This document shows, piece by piece, positions 36,914 to 46,536 of a stretch of 64,000 bases of DNA. This DNA is from Sediminicola luteus (GTDB lineage Bacteria; Bacteroidota; Bacteroidia; Flavobacteriales; Flavobacteriaceae). The first letter of the stretch is position 1, and each line of letters opens with the position of its first letter. Position numbers and translations under genes: made by a program. Where the stretch lies: assembly GCF_002514735.1 (NCBI RefSeq), contig NZ_KZ300476.1:599872-663871 (forward strand), in the 5' to 3' direction. The notes below the pieces were generated by a model. It searched no databases and was not told the origin of the DNA. It saw nothing but the letters and a program-made list of their open reading frames with translations.

Positions 36914-37558
36914 ATGCACAACTGGACAAAAAAGACACTAAAAGTACTGCTCTTCGGAGGGGTGCTTTTATTGCTTATTATCTTACTGTGCGACCGCCAA
37001 GTAAGTTCGAGTGCCAGCGGATTATTACATAACCGTATTGCCGAAACCCCAAAAAACAAGGTCGGTCTGCTATTGGGCACTTCCAAGTATTTGGTACAAG
37101 GCGGTATAAACCCCTATTTTGAATATAGGGTGGAAGCTGCCGTGGCCCTTTTCAATGCCCAAAAAATCGAGTTTATATTGGTCAGCGGTGATAATGGAAA
37201 CAAAAACTATAACGAACCCCAAGCCTTTAAAGAAGAGCTCGTAAAACGTGGGATACCCGAAGACAAGATCATACTCGATTATGCGGGCTTCTCTACCTTG
37301 GATTCCGTGATACGGGCCCATAAAATTTTTGGACAGGATTCGTTTACCGTAATCTCACAGGCTTTTCACAATGAAAGGGCCATTTACTTGGCCCAAGGCC
37401 ATGCCATACAGGCCATTGGTTTCAATGCCCAAGACGTACCGGCACAATACGCCCTAAAGGTTACCCTTAGGGAATATTTGGCCCGTACCAAAGCCTTTTT
37501 AGATCTCCAATTTGGCAGAGGACCTAAGTTTTTGGGCGACCCTATCGCCATACCTTAG
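36914..37558 (+). CDS. SanA/YdcF (DUF218) family protein
   Basis: N-terminal TM anchor. 'ILVSGDNGNKNYNEPQAFKEELVKRGIPEDKIILDYAGFSTLDSV' matches the DUF218/SanA core. The ATG at 36914 is preferred over the TTG at 36878. Confidence 0.65.
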   Translation: MHNWTKKTLKVLLFGGVLLLLIILLCDRQVSSSASGLLHNRIAETPKNKVGLLLGTSKYLVQGGINPYFEYRVEAAVALFNAQKIEFILVSGDNGNKNYNEPQAFKEELVKRGIPEDKIILDYAGFSTLDSVIRAHKIFGQDSFTVISQAFHNERAIYLAQGHAIQAIGFNAQDVPAQYALKVTLREYLARTKAFLDLQFGRGPKFLGDPIAIP

Positions 37559-37669
37559 TCTCGCGTAATCAACTTTTCGCACCCTTTAGTACATGAAAAA
37601 TCCAGACAGGATAGCTATTGACTACCCCATCTGGATTCACCATCTATGGAACACTGTGTGTGTCTATTT

Positions 37670-37832
37670 ATACCATTTCAATTTTGAGATTCAACCAATA
37701 AAAAAGCAGGGATTTTTTCTTTGGGCGAAAAAGAAAATTTAAGCATAGCCAAAGCTACGGTTCTATTTTATTTTGATGACCAAAGGTAAAAAGAACCATT
37801 TTTTATGTGGTATTTCAATGTTGAAATGGTAT
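37670..37832. repeat. MITE-like element, family 2, copy A (~162 bp, 12-bp terminal inverted repeats)
   Basis: 'ataccatttcaa' at the left end and 'ttgaaatggtat' at the right end. About 95% identical to 49281..49442. Its right terminus overlaps the stop codon (37832-37834) of the adjacent minus-strand gene. Confidence 0.8.
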
Positions 37833-38899
37833 TATCTATTAAAGGCGGGCCAATTTTGGTTGACCACCGATTCTGCATCCAACAGGCTTAACACTTCATC
37901 CGCAATATTCTCACTCAGTTCTAAATGCGTAGTAAAACCAACACAAGAAGCATTGATCTCGCCCAATACATATTTATCTTCACCGGTTTTCTTATCGGTA
38001 TCCAAGATAAAATCTGCGGTCCAGATCAAAGGCAGGTCGTAATTGCCCAACCTGCGCTGCATCATGGGCAGGGTGTTTTCGATTACCGCTACCAATTCGG
38101 GCCATTGGTCTGGCTTGTCGTAGCGGTATTTGGCACCTGAGAACAAGGTAGCGGAAAAAGCATCCGGCGTATCAGCAGGTTTTTTATGCACTACATTTAC
38201 CGCCTGATCGCGCAACATCAACACACGAATCTCTCCTTCCTTGATCCTCTCCAAAAAAGGCATATCCAACAGCATGCCGTTTTCCCCCTCCAAATATTGG
38301 ATACAGAACTCCAAGAACTCCTGAAGGGTCTTCTCTTCGGTATGGTTATCACGTGCTTCGGTCAGCTTTAATTTCGCCGTAAGCGGAATCGTCTTTTTGT
38401 ACTTGTCGGCATCGATTACCTCTACACGCCAAATACCTTCGCCTGTAGAACCTCGGTTTTGCTTAAGAACGCGAACCCCTTTTAGTAAGCTTTTTGGAAA
38501 ATTCTCTTTAAGGGCATCAAAATCATAATAGGTATACACATCTTCGGGTACCATATCGGTACCTTTTAGACGCTCTACCGAATTCTTGGCACCATAGGCC
38601 ACCATGGCATCTGGGTGTGGTAGCCCCTCTACCCCATTGTTAACCAATTCGCGAAGCATTTGGAAATAACCTACCTCATTGGGCAAGTTACCCGGATTTA
38701 CTCTACTGATATACGCATCGGCCTTGTTTTGCGTATGCCTATAAATTTCACCGCGATGTGCATCGTCATAAAAAACGATCTCGGCAGACCAGCCTCTCTT
38801 GTTCAACGATTCAATAATGGGTTTGGAGTCTCTGCGGTATCCATACTTCCCTTTGTCGGAACCTCCGCGAGCCTCAAAGATAACAACGTGTTTCTTCAT
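37832..38899 (-). CDS. Hypothetical protein, possibly an ATP-grasp-like fold
   Basis: 355-aa ORF. Segments 'VLKQNRGSTGEGIWRV' and 'YVLGEINASCVGFT' are reminiscent of ATP-grasp nucleotide-binding loops. No confident assignment. Confidence 0.35.
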   Translation of the reverse strand: MKKHVVIFEARGGSDKGKYGYRRDSKPIIESLNKRGWSAEIVFYDDAHRGEIYRHTQNKADAYISRVNPGNLPNEVGYFQMLRELVNNGVEGLPHPDAMVAYGAKNSVERLKGTDMVPEDVYTYYDFDALKENFPKSLLKGVRVLKQNRGSTGEGIWRVEVIDADKYKKTIPLTAKLKLTEARDNHTEEKTLQEFLEFCIQYLEGENGMLLDMPFLERIKEGEIRVLMLRDQAVNVVHKKPADTPDAFSATLFSGAKYRYDKPDQWPELVAVIENTLPMMQRRLGNYDLPLIWTADFILDTDKKTGEDKYVLGEINASCVGFTTHLELSENIADEVLSLLDAESVVNQNWPAFNR

Positions 38900-39107
38900 G
38901 GTTTGATCTAAAAAAAATTACTGATTAAAGGTACCAAGCCTGCCCAATCTGAAACATGACAAAGGTCATATTTAACCCATAATTTACCTTCTGGTCACAC
39001 AAAGTTTTCACACTTACCGACGATTCAAAAAGAAAGGTTGGCCCCAAGACCAACCTTCTCCACAAAAACCTGATATTCTTCAGGGTTTCAACTCATATTT
39101 TTAAGGC

Positions 39108-41066
39108 TCAATTGGGCAGGCCATGACCAAAGTCATACAAGGGTGCCTCTAAATCGAATGGTACATCTTCTTTTTGCGTTTGTACCGATTCCCAGCTTGA
39201 GGGTAATTGAAAGGGTAATTTACCTTCCGGTTCGCGTTTTCCGAACAATATATCGGCCAACACCCCCTCCGAGGTGCCAAATTCGGCCAGGACCGCAACG
39301 GCTTCCTTATCCAAATCGGTTAGTATCGCCGGACGCTCAAGGTTGGCCACCAGAACGGTAGGAACGGTTTCCATAACTCTCAGGTATTCGGCCTTTTCAC
39401 CATCGGTAAAGAAAAGGCGCCCCTGATGAAAAAAGCGCTCTAAAAAACTATCGGTCCGTTCTTCAAATGGGGTACGTACCCGAACTAGGGCCATATCGGC
39501 TTCGGCAGGAGTCTCTACTAAGGTAGCCCAATTGGCATAGGGGCTTTTATCATCGACCCCATGTACATAAAGCTTTATGCCCGTACTCAAGGGTAGGGTT
39601 TGCCCGGAATTTTTTAATAAAACAGTAGATTTTGCTTGGGCCTTTAAACCAGCGACTCGAAAGTTCTCGGCACCAGCCACCTTTTCGGCCTTGTCCACGT
39701 CTACATATGGGTTATCGAACAAACCCAATCGGAATTTATCACGTAAAATACGGGCCACGGAAACATCGATACGCGATTCAGGTACCTCACCTGATTGTAC
39801 CAATTCTACAATCATTTCTGGAATGGCTTCCCCTCCAAATTGATCGCAACCGGCATCCAACACCTTTTTTACGCGTTGTAATTCGGTTAAATGCTCTACA
39901 CCCCATGCGCGCCCAGGCCCCATAAAGGTCTCGGTGATAATATTCCAATCGGTACACACCACGCCATCAAAACCTAAGGAATCCCTAAGAATTCCGGTGA
40001 TAACATCTTTGTTGAAGCCAAAGGCAACATCTTCGGTGGTTTGCCCAACCGGAATACCGTAGTAGGGCATTATCTGGGCGGTTTTTGCCGGAAAGGCCCC
40101 ATCTTCAAACGGAATGATATGATAGTCAAAATTATCTCCCGGATAGACCTGTTCCTTGCCATATTCGAAATGGGCGTCTTCGCCATCTTTCTGTGCCCCC
40201 CCTCCCGAAAAATGCTTGGTCATACAGGCCACACTGGTCTTGGACAAACTATCTCCCTGGAAACCCAAGACATAGGCCTTGGTCATTTGGGCCGACAGAT
40301 GTGCATCTTCGCCAAAAGTACCATTATTACGACCCCAACGGGGTTCGGTTGCCAAATCGGCCATGGGATGCAGGGCCAATCTTAGGCCTACCGACAAATA
40401 CTCTTGCCGGGCCATATCGCCAAACTCACGTACCAAAAGCGTATCGCGGGTGGCGGCCAAACCTAAAAAACTGGGCCACTCCGAAAAGGCCGGGGTATAA
40501 ATGGCGGCACCCGGATTATTGGCCACCCCATGCCGTGGATCGGTAGCCAAGGTAACCGGTATGCCCAAACGGGTCTTTTCGGCCACCTTTTGAATGGTAT
40601 TGTTGAATTTGGCCATGATGGCCGCATCGTAGGCATGAAAAGTATTAAAGCTGTTCATTTTCTTTTCCACCAACACTTCCGAAGCCCTAGGCATCATAAG
40701 CGACAACCCATCGAAAGGGGAACTGGGTATGAACGGCAAATCGACCAACTCGCCTGTATTTCGCATGCCCATCATATTAATGAACATAGTACCGGCCTTT
40801 TCCTCCAATGTCATTTGGGACACTACATCCTGAACCCGGTCTTCTATAGGGGCACGATGATCTTCATAAACATCCAAAACCCCATTTTTATTCAAATCGC
40901 GAAACGAGACCCCATCGATTTCAAGGGTAACCACCTCATCATATAACTCATCATATACCTGCCCAACCTTATAGGCACTAATGGCATAATACCCCAAAAA
41001 AAGTATCACTATCAACCCCAAGATCACCCCAAGGATCTTGGCTATTTTTTTAATGTATTTTCTCAT
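39108..41066 (-). CDS. Glycoside hydrolase family 3 (beta-glucosidase/beta-xylosidase-like), membrane-anchored
   Basis: GH3 N-terminal domain signature 'GFDGVVCTDW' and 'KHFSGGG'. The ATG at 41066 gives an N-terminal TM anchor 'MRKYIKKIAKILGVILGLIVILFLGYYAI'. Confidence 0.8.
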   Translation of the reverse strand: MRKYIKKIAKILGVILGLIVILFLGYYAISAYKVGQVYDELYDEVVTLEIDGVSFRDLNKNGVLDVYEDHRAPIEDRVQDVVSQMTLEEKAGTMFINMMGMRNTGELVDLPFIPSSPFDGLSLMMPRASEVLVEKKMNSFNTFHAYDAAIMAKFNNTIQKVAEKTRLGIPVTLATDPRHGVANNPGAAIYTPAFSEWPSFLGLAATRDTLLVREFGDMARQEYLSVGLRLALHPMADLATEPRWGRNNGTFGEDAHLSAQMTKAYVLGFQGDSLSKTSVACMTKHFSGGGAQKDGEDAHFEYGKEQVYPGDNFDYHIIPFEDGAFPAKTAQIMPYYGIPVGQTTEDVAFGFNKDVITGILRDSLGFDGVVCTDWNIITETFMGPGRAWGVEHLTELQRVKKVLDAGCDQFGGEAIPEMIVELVQSGEVPESRIDVSVARILRDKFRLGLFDNPYVDVDKAEKVAGAENFRVAGLKAQAKSTVLLKNSGQTLPLSTGIKLYVHGVDDKSPYANWATLVETPAEADMALVRVRTPFEERTDSFLERFFHQGRLFFTDGEKAEYLRVMETVPTVLVANLERPAILTDLDKEAVAVLAEFGTSEGVLADILFGKREPEGKLPFQLPSSWESVQTQKEDVPFDLEAPLYDFGHGLPN

Positions 41067-41129
41067 TGTGTTTATTTTACACAATGATACAAAAAATATG
41101 GATATCCTTTTTTTATTTACTTTCGTTCC

Positions 41130-41906
41130 ATGGAACCCTTAAACCCGTATCCACCGCGTTTTATGCTTAACGTAGACAAATTACTGCCCTGCCATTCCGT
41201 AGATTGTGTCATAATCGGTTATGATAAAGGCGCACTCAGCGTATTGGTATTGAAATGGAAAGATTTGCCCTTGTGGTCACTACCGGGCGGATTTATTAAA
41301 ATAGATGAACACCTTGATGATGCCGCCCTGCGCATCTTAAAAGACCGAACCGGTTTGGATATGCCTTTCCTTACCCAGTTCCATACCTTTGGGCAAGCAG
41401 GCGGGAAACGGATGTCTGTTGAATCGGACATTAGGGAATTGATCAAAAGTAATTACCCTAGTATTGGCACATGGTTCGAAAACCGATTTATCACTACGGG
41501 CTATTTGGCCATGGTACAACCCTCGGAATGTCGTTTGGTTCCCGACGAGTTAAGTGAATCATGTGTTTGGATGCCTATTAAAGACCTACCCGAGCTGATA
41601 TACGACCACAATGCCATTGTAGACCAGGCCATTGCCCATGTTAAACGACAACTGAACTACTTACCCGTTGGAAAATCATTGCTTCCGGAAACCTTTACCA
41701 TGAAAACCTTCAAGTTGTTGTACGAAAGTATTCTGGGGCGAGAACTGGACCGGGCCAACTTCCAGAAGAAAATGCTCAAGTTAGGTATGCTTACACGCCG
41801 TGGTAAAGAAAACAAAGGTGGTGCCCATAAAGCCCCATATCTGTATAGCTTTGATCACGACAAATACCAAGAGCTACTCGAAAAGGGTATTGGGTTTATT
41901 CCTTAA
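41130..41906 (+). CDS. Nudix-fold/NrtR-like transcriptional regulator (Nudix-like N-terminus plus winged-helix C-terminus)
   Basis: N-terminal Nudix-like fold ('VDCVIIGYDKGALSVLVLKWKDLPLWSLPGGFIKIDEHLDDAALRILKDRTG') without an intact catalytic Nudix box. The C-terminus 'FTMKTFKLLYESILGRELDRANFQKKMLKLGML' is typical of the NrtR wHTH. Divergent from the GH3 gene. Confidence 0.55.
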   Translation: MEPLNPYPPRFMLNVDKLLPCHSVDCVIIGYDKGALSVLVLKWKDLPLWSLPGGFIKIDEHLDDAALRILKDRTGLDMPFLTQFHTFGQAGGKRMSVESDIRELIKSNYPSIGTWFENRFITTGYLAMVQPSECRLVPDELSESCVWMPIKDLPELIYDHNAIVDQAIAHVKRQLNYLPVGKSLLPETFTMKTFKLLYESILGRELDRANFQKKMLKLGMLTRRGKENKGGAHKAPYLYSFDHDKYQELLEKGIGFIP

Positions 41907-42005
41907 ACTTTAACCATTCAGTAGGGTAATTGGGATTTGGGTTGTTTCTGGTAAAAAACTAGACCTAATGGAGCAACGCTTGCCCAGTTATGCCATCTAC
42001 TATTT

Positions 42006-42521
42006 GTGAGAACGAAACATTTGACTTTACGGGAACCTACTTCCGAAGATGCCCCCTTTATCCTTGAACTGGTTAACAGTGCGGGTTGGTTAAAATTTAT
42101 TGGGGATAGGGGGATTCATAATCTTGAGGCCGCGCAGGGGTATATCGCGCAAATACGTAAAGACCATAAAACCCACGGCTTTGGTCTCCTGGTCATGGAA
42201 AAAACGGAAACCCGTCAGGCCATGGGGCTATGCGGTCTTTTACAAAGGGATTATTTGGAAGCCCCGGATTTGGGTTTTGCCATCCTTCCGGAGTTTAGCA
42301 AGCAGGGTTACACCTTCGAAGCCGCTACCCAAATTCTGGAATCTGAAAGAAGGAAAGGAAAACATCGCAGTATATTGGGTATAACGCTTTCTGGAAACAA
42401 CCCTTCAAAAGCATTATTACGCAAACTAGGTTTTGAGGAAAGCTCCCCTGTTTGTGATCCTAAAACGGGTGATAAAAACTTGTTATATACCAAAAAACTA
42501 ACATCTGACCACGAAAGCTAA
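42006..42521 (+). CDS. GNAT-family N-acetyltransferase
   Basis: 'FGLLVMEKTETRQAMGLCGL...FAILPEFSKQGYTFEAATQIL' fits the GNAT fold. The start codon at 42006 is GTG. Confidence 0.6.
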   Translation: MRTKHLTLREPTSEDAPFILELVNSAGWLKFIGDRGIHNLEAAQGYIAQIRKDHKTHGFGLLVMEKTETRQAMGLCGLLQRDYLEAPDLGFAILPEFSKQGYTFEAATQILESERRKGKHRSILGITLSGNNPSKALLRKLGFEESSPVCDPKTGDKNLLYTKKLTSDHES

Positions 42522-42595
42522 ACAATTGACAACATACTTTAAACTAACCCGTTTTATTGGGTATCTTTGTACAGTGCCTAGAAACACCGAACCGT

Positions 42596-43435
42596 ATGCA
42601 CGATCCTAACCGCAACATATCGGCAGTAATGATCACCTATAATGAGGTGGAACATATCGATGCCGTAATCGAAAACCTGGAGTTCGTCGATGAGATGATC
42701 ATTGTAGATTCGTTCAGTAACGACGGCACGGTAGAGGCCATTGGCAACCACCCGAAAGTTACACTGATCCAACGTCCGTTTAAGAATTATACCGATCAAA
42801 AGGCCTATGCGCTATCGCAAGCCTCTAACGACTGGGTATTGTTTTTAGATGCCGATGAACGACTTACCGATGCCTTGCGCGAAGAAATTATCAAGGTCAC
42901 TCAAAAACCGAACAATCCGGTGGCGGCCTACTATTTCTATCGCACTTTTATGTTTAAAAAAGAGCGCTTGCGTTTTAGCGGTTGGCAAACCGACAAGAAT
43001 TACCGCTTGTTCCGAAAAAGCAAAGTACACTTCAAAGAAGATCTTATCGTACACGAAACCCTAGTGGTAAATGGTAAAAGTGCCAGCTTAAAGCATAAGC
43101 TTATCCACTTTTCCTATAAAGACTACGAAGACTACAAGGGTAAAATGCTGAAATATGGGCAAATGAAGGCGCGTCATACGGCTCATAAAAATGTGAGTCC
43201 GAACTTTTTCCATTTTTACCTTAAACCCGGCTTTAAATTTCTGTATAACTATATTTGCAGACTGGGTGTGTTAGACGGCAAAAAAGGAGTTACCATTTGT
43301 TATTTGAACGCCCTTGGGGTTTATGCCCGATATAAGGAATTAGAGCGTTTAAAGCAGCAACATGCCAAAAGCACGGAAAGCCGAGGGATCAAACCGATCC
43401 AAAAACAAAGAGACCTTAGCAGCACTGCTGCCTGA
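42596..43435 (+). CDS. Family 2 glycosyltransferase
   Basis: 'ISAVMITYNEVEHIDAVIENL...IIVDSFSNDGT...DWVLFLDADERL' (DXD) marks GT2. The ATG at 42596 is preferred over the TTG at 42557. Confidence 0.7.
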   Translation: MHDPNRNISAVMITYNEVEHIDAVIENLEFVDEMIIVDSFSNDGTVEAIGNHPKVTLIQRPFKNYTDQKAYALSQASNDWVLFLDADERLTDALREEIIKVTQKPNNPVAAYYFYRTFMFKKERLRFSGWQTDKNYRLFRKSKVHFKEDLIVHETLVVNGKSASLKHKLIHFSYKDYEDYKGKMLKYGQMKARHTAHKNVSPNFFHFYLKPGFKFLYNYICRLGVLDGKKGVTICYLNALGVYARYKELERLKQQHAKSTESRGIKPIQKQRDLSSTAA

Positions 43436-43985
43436 AATCCGTAAAACAGCCGAGATTATAAAGGAGGGAGGTATCGTACTCTACCCTACCGATACCGTTT
43501 GGGGTATAGGTTGCGATGCCACCAACCCGGAAGCCGTCGCCAAAATATACGCTCTTAAACAACGGGTACAGACCAAGGCCATGATTTGTTTGGTAGATAG
43601 CGAGGCGCTCTTGGAGAAACATATCCACCAGGTTCCTGATGCTGCTTGGGACCTTATTGAACTAAGTGAAAGGCCAACCACCATTATCTACGACCAACCT
43701 AAAGACCTAGCTACTAACCTCATTGGAGAAGACAACACCATAGGCATCCGGGTAGCCAGAAGCCCCTTTTGCCAATACTTGATCAATAGAATAGGTAAAC
43801 CCTTGGTATCTACATCGGCCAACATTTCGGGCCAACCCACCCCAAAAACCTTTAACGATATAGATCCCGCCATTTTAAAAGGTGTAGACTATGTGGTAAA
43901 TTTGCCCGACGATTCAAAAAACGCCCGCCCATCGGTTATCATTAAATTGACCAACGCAGGCGTGGTCACCATTATTAGGCAGTAG
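43362..43985 (+). CDS. tsaC: L-threonylcarbamoyladenylate synthase, YrdC/TsaC type
   Basis: YrdC signature '[18 protein letters not shown]' and 'TSANISGQP'. The ATG at 43362 overlaps the upstream gene by 74 nt, so the true start is uncertain. Confidence 0.7.
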   Translation: MPKARKAEGSNRSKNKETLAALLPEIRKTAEIIKEGGIVLYPTDTVWGIGCDATNPEAVAKIYALKQRVQTKAMICLVDSEALLEKHIHQVPDAAWDLIELSERPTTIIYDQPKDLATNLIGEDNTIGIRVARSPFCQYLINRIGKPLVSTSANISGQPTPKTFNDIDPAILKGVDYVVNLPDDSKNARPSVIIKLTNAGVVTIIRQ

Positions 43986-43989
43986 GCAC

Positions 43990-45411
43990 ATGCAGCAAGC
44001 GTTTAAAAAAGCCCTCGAAGGGCCCATATTTCAACTTATTTCCGAAGCCGCCCACGAACTTTCTTTAGACTGTTACGTGATTGGCGGATTCGTGCGTGAT
44101 CTTATTTTAGAACGTGGCAGCCATAAAGATATAGATATCGTTGCCATAGGTAGTGGTATTACCCTTGCCAAAAAGGTAGCTGAAAAACTGCCTGGGCAAC
44201 CCAAGGTGTCGGTTTTCAAGAATTTTGGCACCGCCATGATCAAATACCAAGATATCGACTTGGAGTTCGTGGGGGCCCGTAAAGAAAGTTACCAGCGCGA
44301 TAGTCGTAAACCTATTGTGGAAGACGGCACCCTACAAGACGACCAAAACCGAAGGGATTTTACCATAAACGCCCTGGCCCTATCGTTGGGAAAAGCCGAT
44401 TTCGGGGAACTATTGGATCCCTTTGATGGCCTGAAACATTTGGAAGAAAAACTGATCAAAACCCCATTGGAGCCTGGTATCACCTATTCCGATGACCCCT
44501 TACGTATGATGCGGGCCATACGTTTTGCCACCCAACTTAATTTTAACATCCACCTGCAATCTTTGCAAGCCATAACGGAGCACAAAGACCGCATAAAGAT
44601 TATTTCCAAGGAACGCATTGTGGATGAGCTCAATAAAATCATTGCATCCCCTGTGCCTTCAATTGGGTTTAAACTATTGCACCAAACCGGTCTTTTGGAG
44701 TACATCTTGCCTGAACTTACCGCCCTTCAGGGTATTGAAGAAGTAGAAGGCCAACGCCATAAAGATAATTTTTGGCATACTCTTGAAGTGCTGGACAATA
44801 TTGCCCCGAACACGGATAACCTTTGGTTGCGCTGGGCCGCCCTATTACACGATATCGGTAAGGCCCCAACCAAACGATTCGATAAAAAAATCGGGTGGAC
44901 CTTCCATCAACATGAATTTATCGGGGCCAAAATGGTGTACAAGTTGTTCAAAAGGCTCCGACTTCCCTTGAACGACAAGATGAAATATGTGCAAAAGATG
45001 GTATTCATGAGTTCTAGGCCCATTGTTTTGGCCCAAGACCATGTAACCGATTCGGCAGTAAGGCGCTTGGTTTTCGATGCCGGGGAACATGTAGACGAAC
45101 TGATGACGCTTTGCGAGGCGGACATTACCACCAAGAACCCCAAAAAACAGCGTAAATACAAGAACAACTTTAAACTGGTACGGACCAAAATAGTAGAAGT
45201 TGAGGAACGTGATCGTATCCGGAATTTTCAACCTCCAGTTAGTGGTGAAGAAATTATGAAAACCTTCAACCTAAAACCCTCCAGGGAAATCGGTTTGATC
45301 AAAGATGCCATCAAAGACGCTATTCTAGAAGGTATTATCCCTAACGAATATGAGGCCGCTCGTGAATTTATGCTTAAAAAAGGAAGAGAACTGGGCCTAG
45401 ACGAAGGATAA
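43990..45411 (+). CDS. CCA-adding tRNA nucleotidyltransferase / poly(A) polymerase family protein with HD domain
   Basis: Head domain '[13 protein letters not shown]...KDIDIV' (Pol-beta-like NT motif GG..RD..D.D). The HD motif 'LLHDIGK' is downstream. Confidence 0.75.
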   Translation: MQQAFKKALEGPIFQLISEAAHELSLDCYVIGGFVRDLILERGSHKDIDIVAIGSGITLAKKVAEKLPGQPKVSVFKNFGTAMIKYQDIDLEFVGARKESYQRDSRKPIVEDGTLQDDQNRRDFTINALALSLGKADFGELLDPFDGLKHLEEKLIKTPLEPGITYSDDPLRMMRAIRFATQLNFNIHLQSLQAITEHKDRIKIISKERIVDELNKIIASPVPSIGFKLLHQTGLLEYILPELTALQGIEEVEGQRHKDNFWHTLEVLDNIAPNTDNLWLRWAALLHDIGKAPTKRFDKKIGWTFHQHEFIGAKMVYKLFKRLRLPLNDKMKYVQKMVFMSSRPIVLAQDHVTDSAVRRLVFDAGEHVDELMTLCEADITTKNPKKQRKYKNNFKLVRTKIVEVEERDRIRNFQPPVSGEEIMKTFNLKPSREIGLIKDAIKDAILEGIIPNEYEAAREFMLKKGRELGLDEG

Positions 45412-45471
45412 TTCCACCCAATAGGCTTTTGAGCCGTATTTTTGTTGGGAACTTTTCTAACGAGACACCCC

Positions 45472-46485
45472 ATGAAATCCTCCTCCTTTATTTTTGTATG
45501 TGCCCTAATGGTTTTTCACATGGCCTTAGGACAACAAACGAATGACAGCATTGCCATTGCCGATATCCGTATTCGCGACCCTTTTATTCTTACCGACACG
45601 GTTAACCAACAATACTATATGTATGCCCAAACCGACAATCGCTTGGGGTTTCGTGGGCAAGACAACCAACTTAAAGGAGTAGAAGTTTACACCAGCAAAG
45701 ACCTTAAAACCTGGTCTGCACCCAAAACGGTTTTACGATTACCCGACCCTTATTGGGCCAGGCATATGGTTTGGGCCCCAGAAGTACATGCCAATCAGGG
45801 CAAATACTATTTATTCGTTACCCTGACCTCTTCCGACACCCTACCTGCACCAAAAGGAATGGAGTCAAAAACCGGCTGGCCTAAATTCCATAAACGGGGC
45901 ACCCAAATCTTTGTCTCGGATAGCCCTACGGGCCCATTCCGTGATTTTGAAAACAAACCCCACACCCCAACAGATTGGATGGCCTTGGATGGTACCTTGT
46001 TCGTAGAAGACGAAACCCCTTATATGATATTCTGCCACGAATGGGTGCAAATCGTAGATGGCAGCATGGATTATGTGCAACTTTCCCCCGACTTATCCAC
46101 AACCATAGGGCAACCCATTAAAATGTTCAACGCCTCAGAAGCGGCTTGGTCTACCAGTAAAAAGAACAAGGTAACCGACGGCTGTTATCTGTACCGCACC
46201 AAAACCGGCAAACTGCTTATGATTTGGTCTAGTTTCGGTGAGGCCGGTTACGCTATAGGGATTGCCGAATCGGAATCGGGAAAATTGGCCGGACCTTGGA
46301 AACAACAACCGCAATTGTTGTTTCAGAAAAATGGCGGACATGGCATGTTGTTCCATAATCTTCAAGGGCAACTTACCCTGGCGTTACACCAACCCAATGG
46401 CCCAAGGGGCAAGGAACGTCTAAAACTATTCGCCATAACCAATCTAGGGGACACCCTTTCTTTAAAAAATAAGGCCAGCAACTAA
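45472..46485 (+). CDS. Glycoside hydrolase family 43-like secreted protein
   Basis: Signal peptide 'MKSSSFIFVCALMVFHMALGQ'. 'IRIRDPFIL' (catalytic Asp region) and five-bladed-propeller-like repeats typical of GH43. Confidence 0.6.
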   Translation: MKSSSFIFVCALMVFHMALGQQTNDSIAIADIRIRDPFILTDTVNQQYYMYAQTDNRLGFRGQDNQLKGVEVYTSKDLKTWSAPKTVLRLPDPYWARHMVWAPEVHANQGKYYLFVTLTSSDTLPAPKGMESKTGWPKFHKRGTQIFVSDSPTGPFRDFENKPHTPTDWMALDGTLFVEDETPYMIFCHEWVQIVDGSMDYVQLSPDLSTTIGQPIKMFNASEAAWSTSKKNKVTDGCYLYRTKTGKLLMIWSSFGEAGYAIGIAESESGKLAGPWKQQPQLLFQKNGGHGMLFHNLQGQLTLALHQPNGPRGKERLKLFAITNLGDTLSLKNKASN

Positions 46486-46536
46486 AAAAACCCTGTAAAG
46501 GACGTATATTTGCCCGCGCTTTACCCCAATTGTTTT

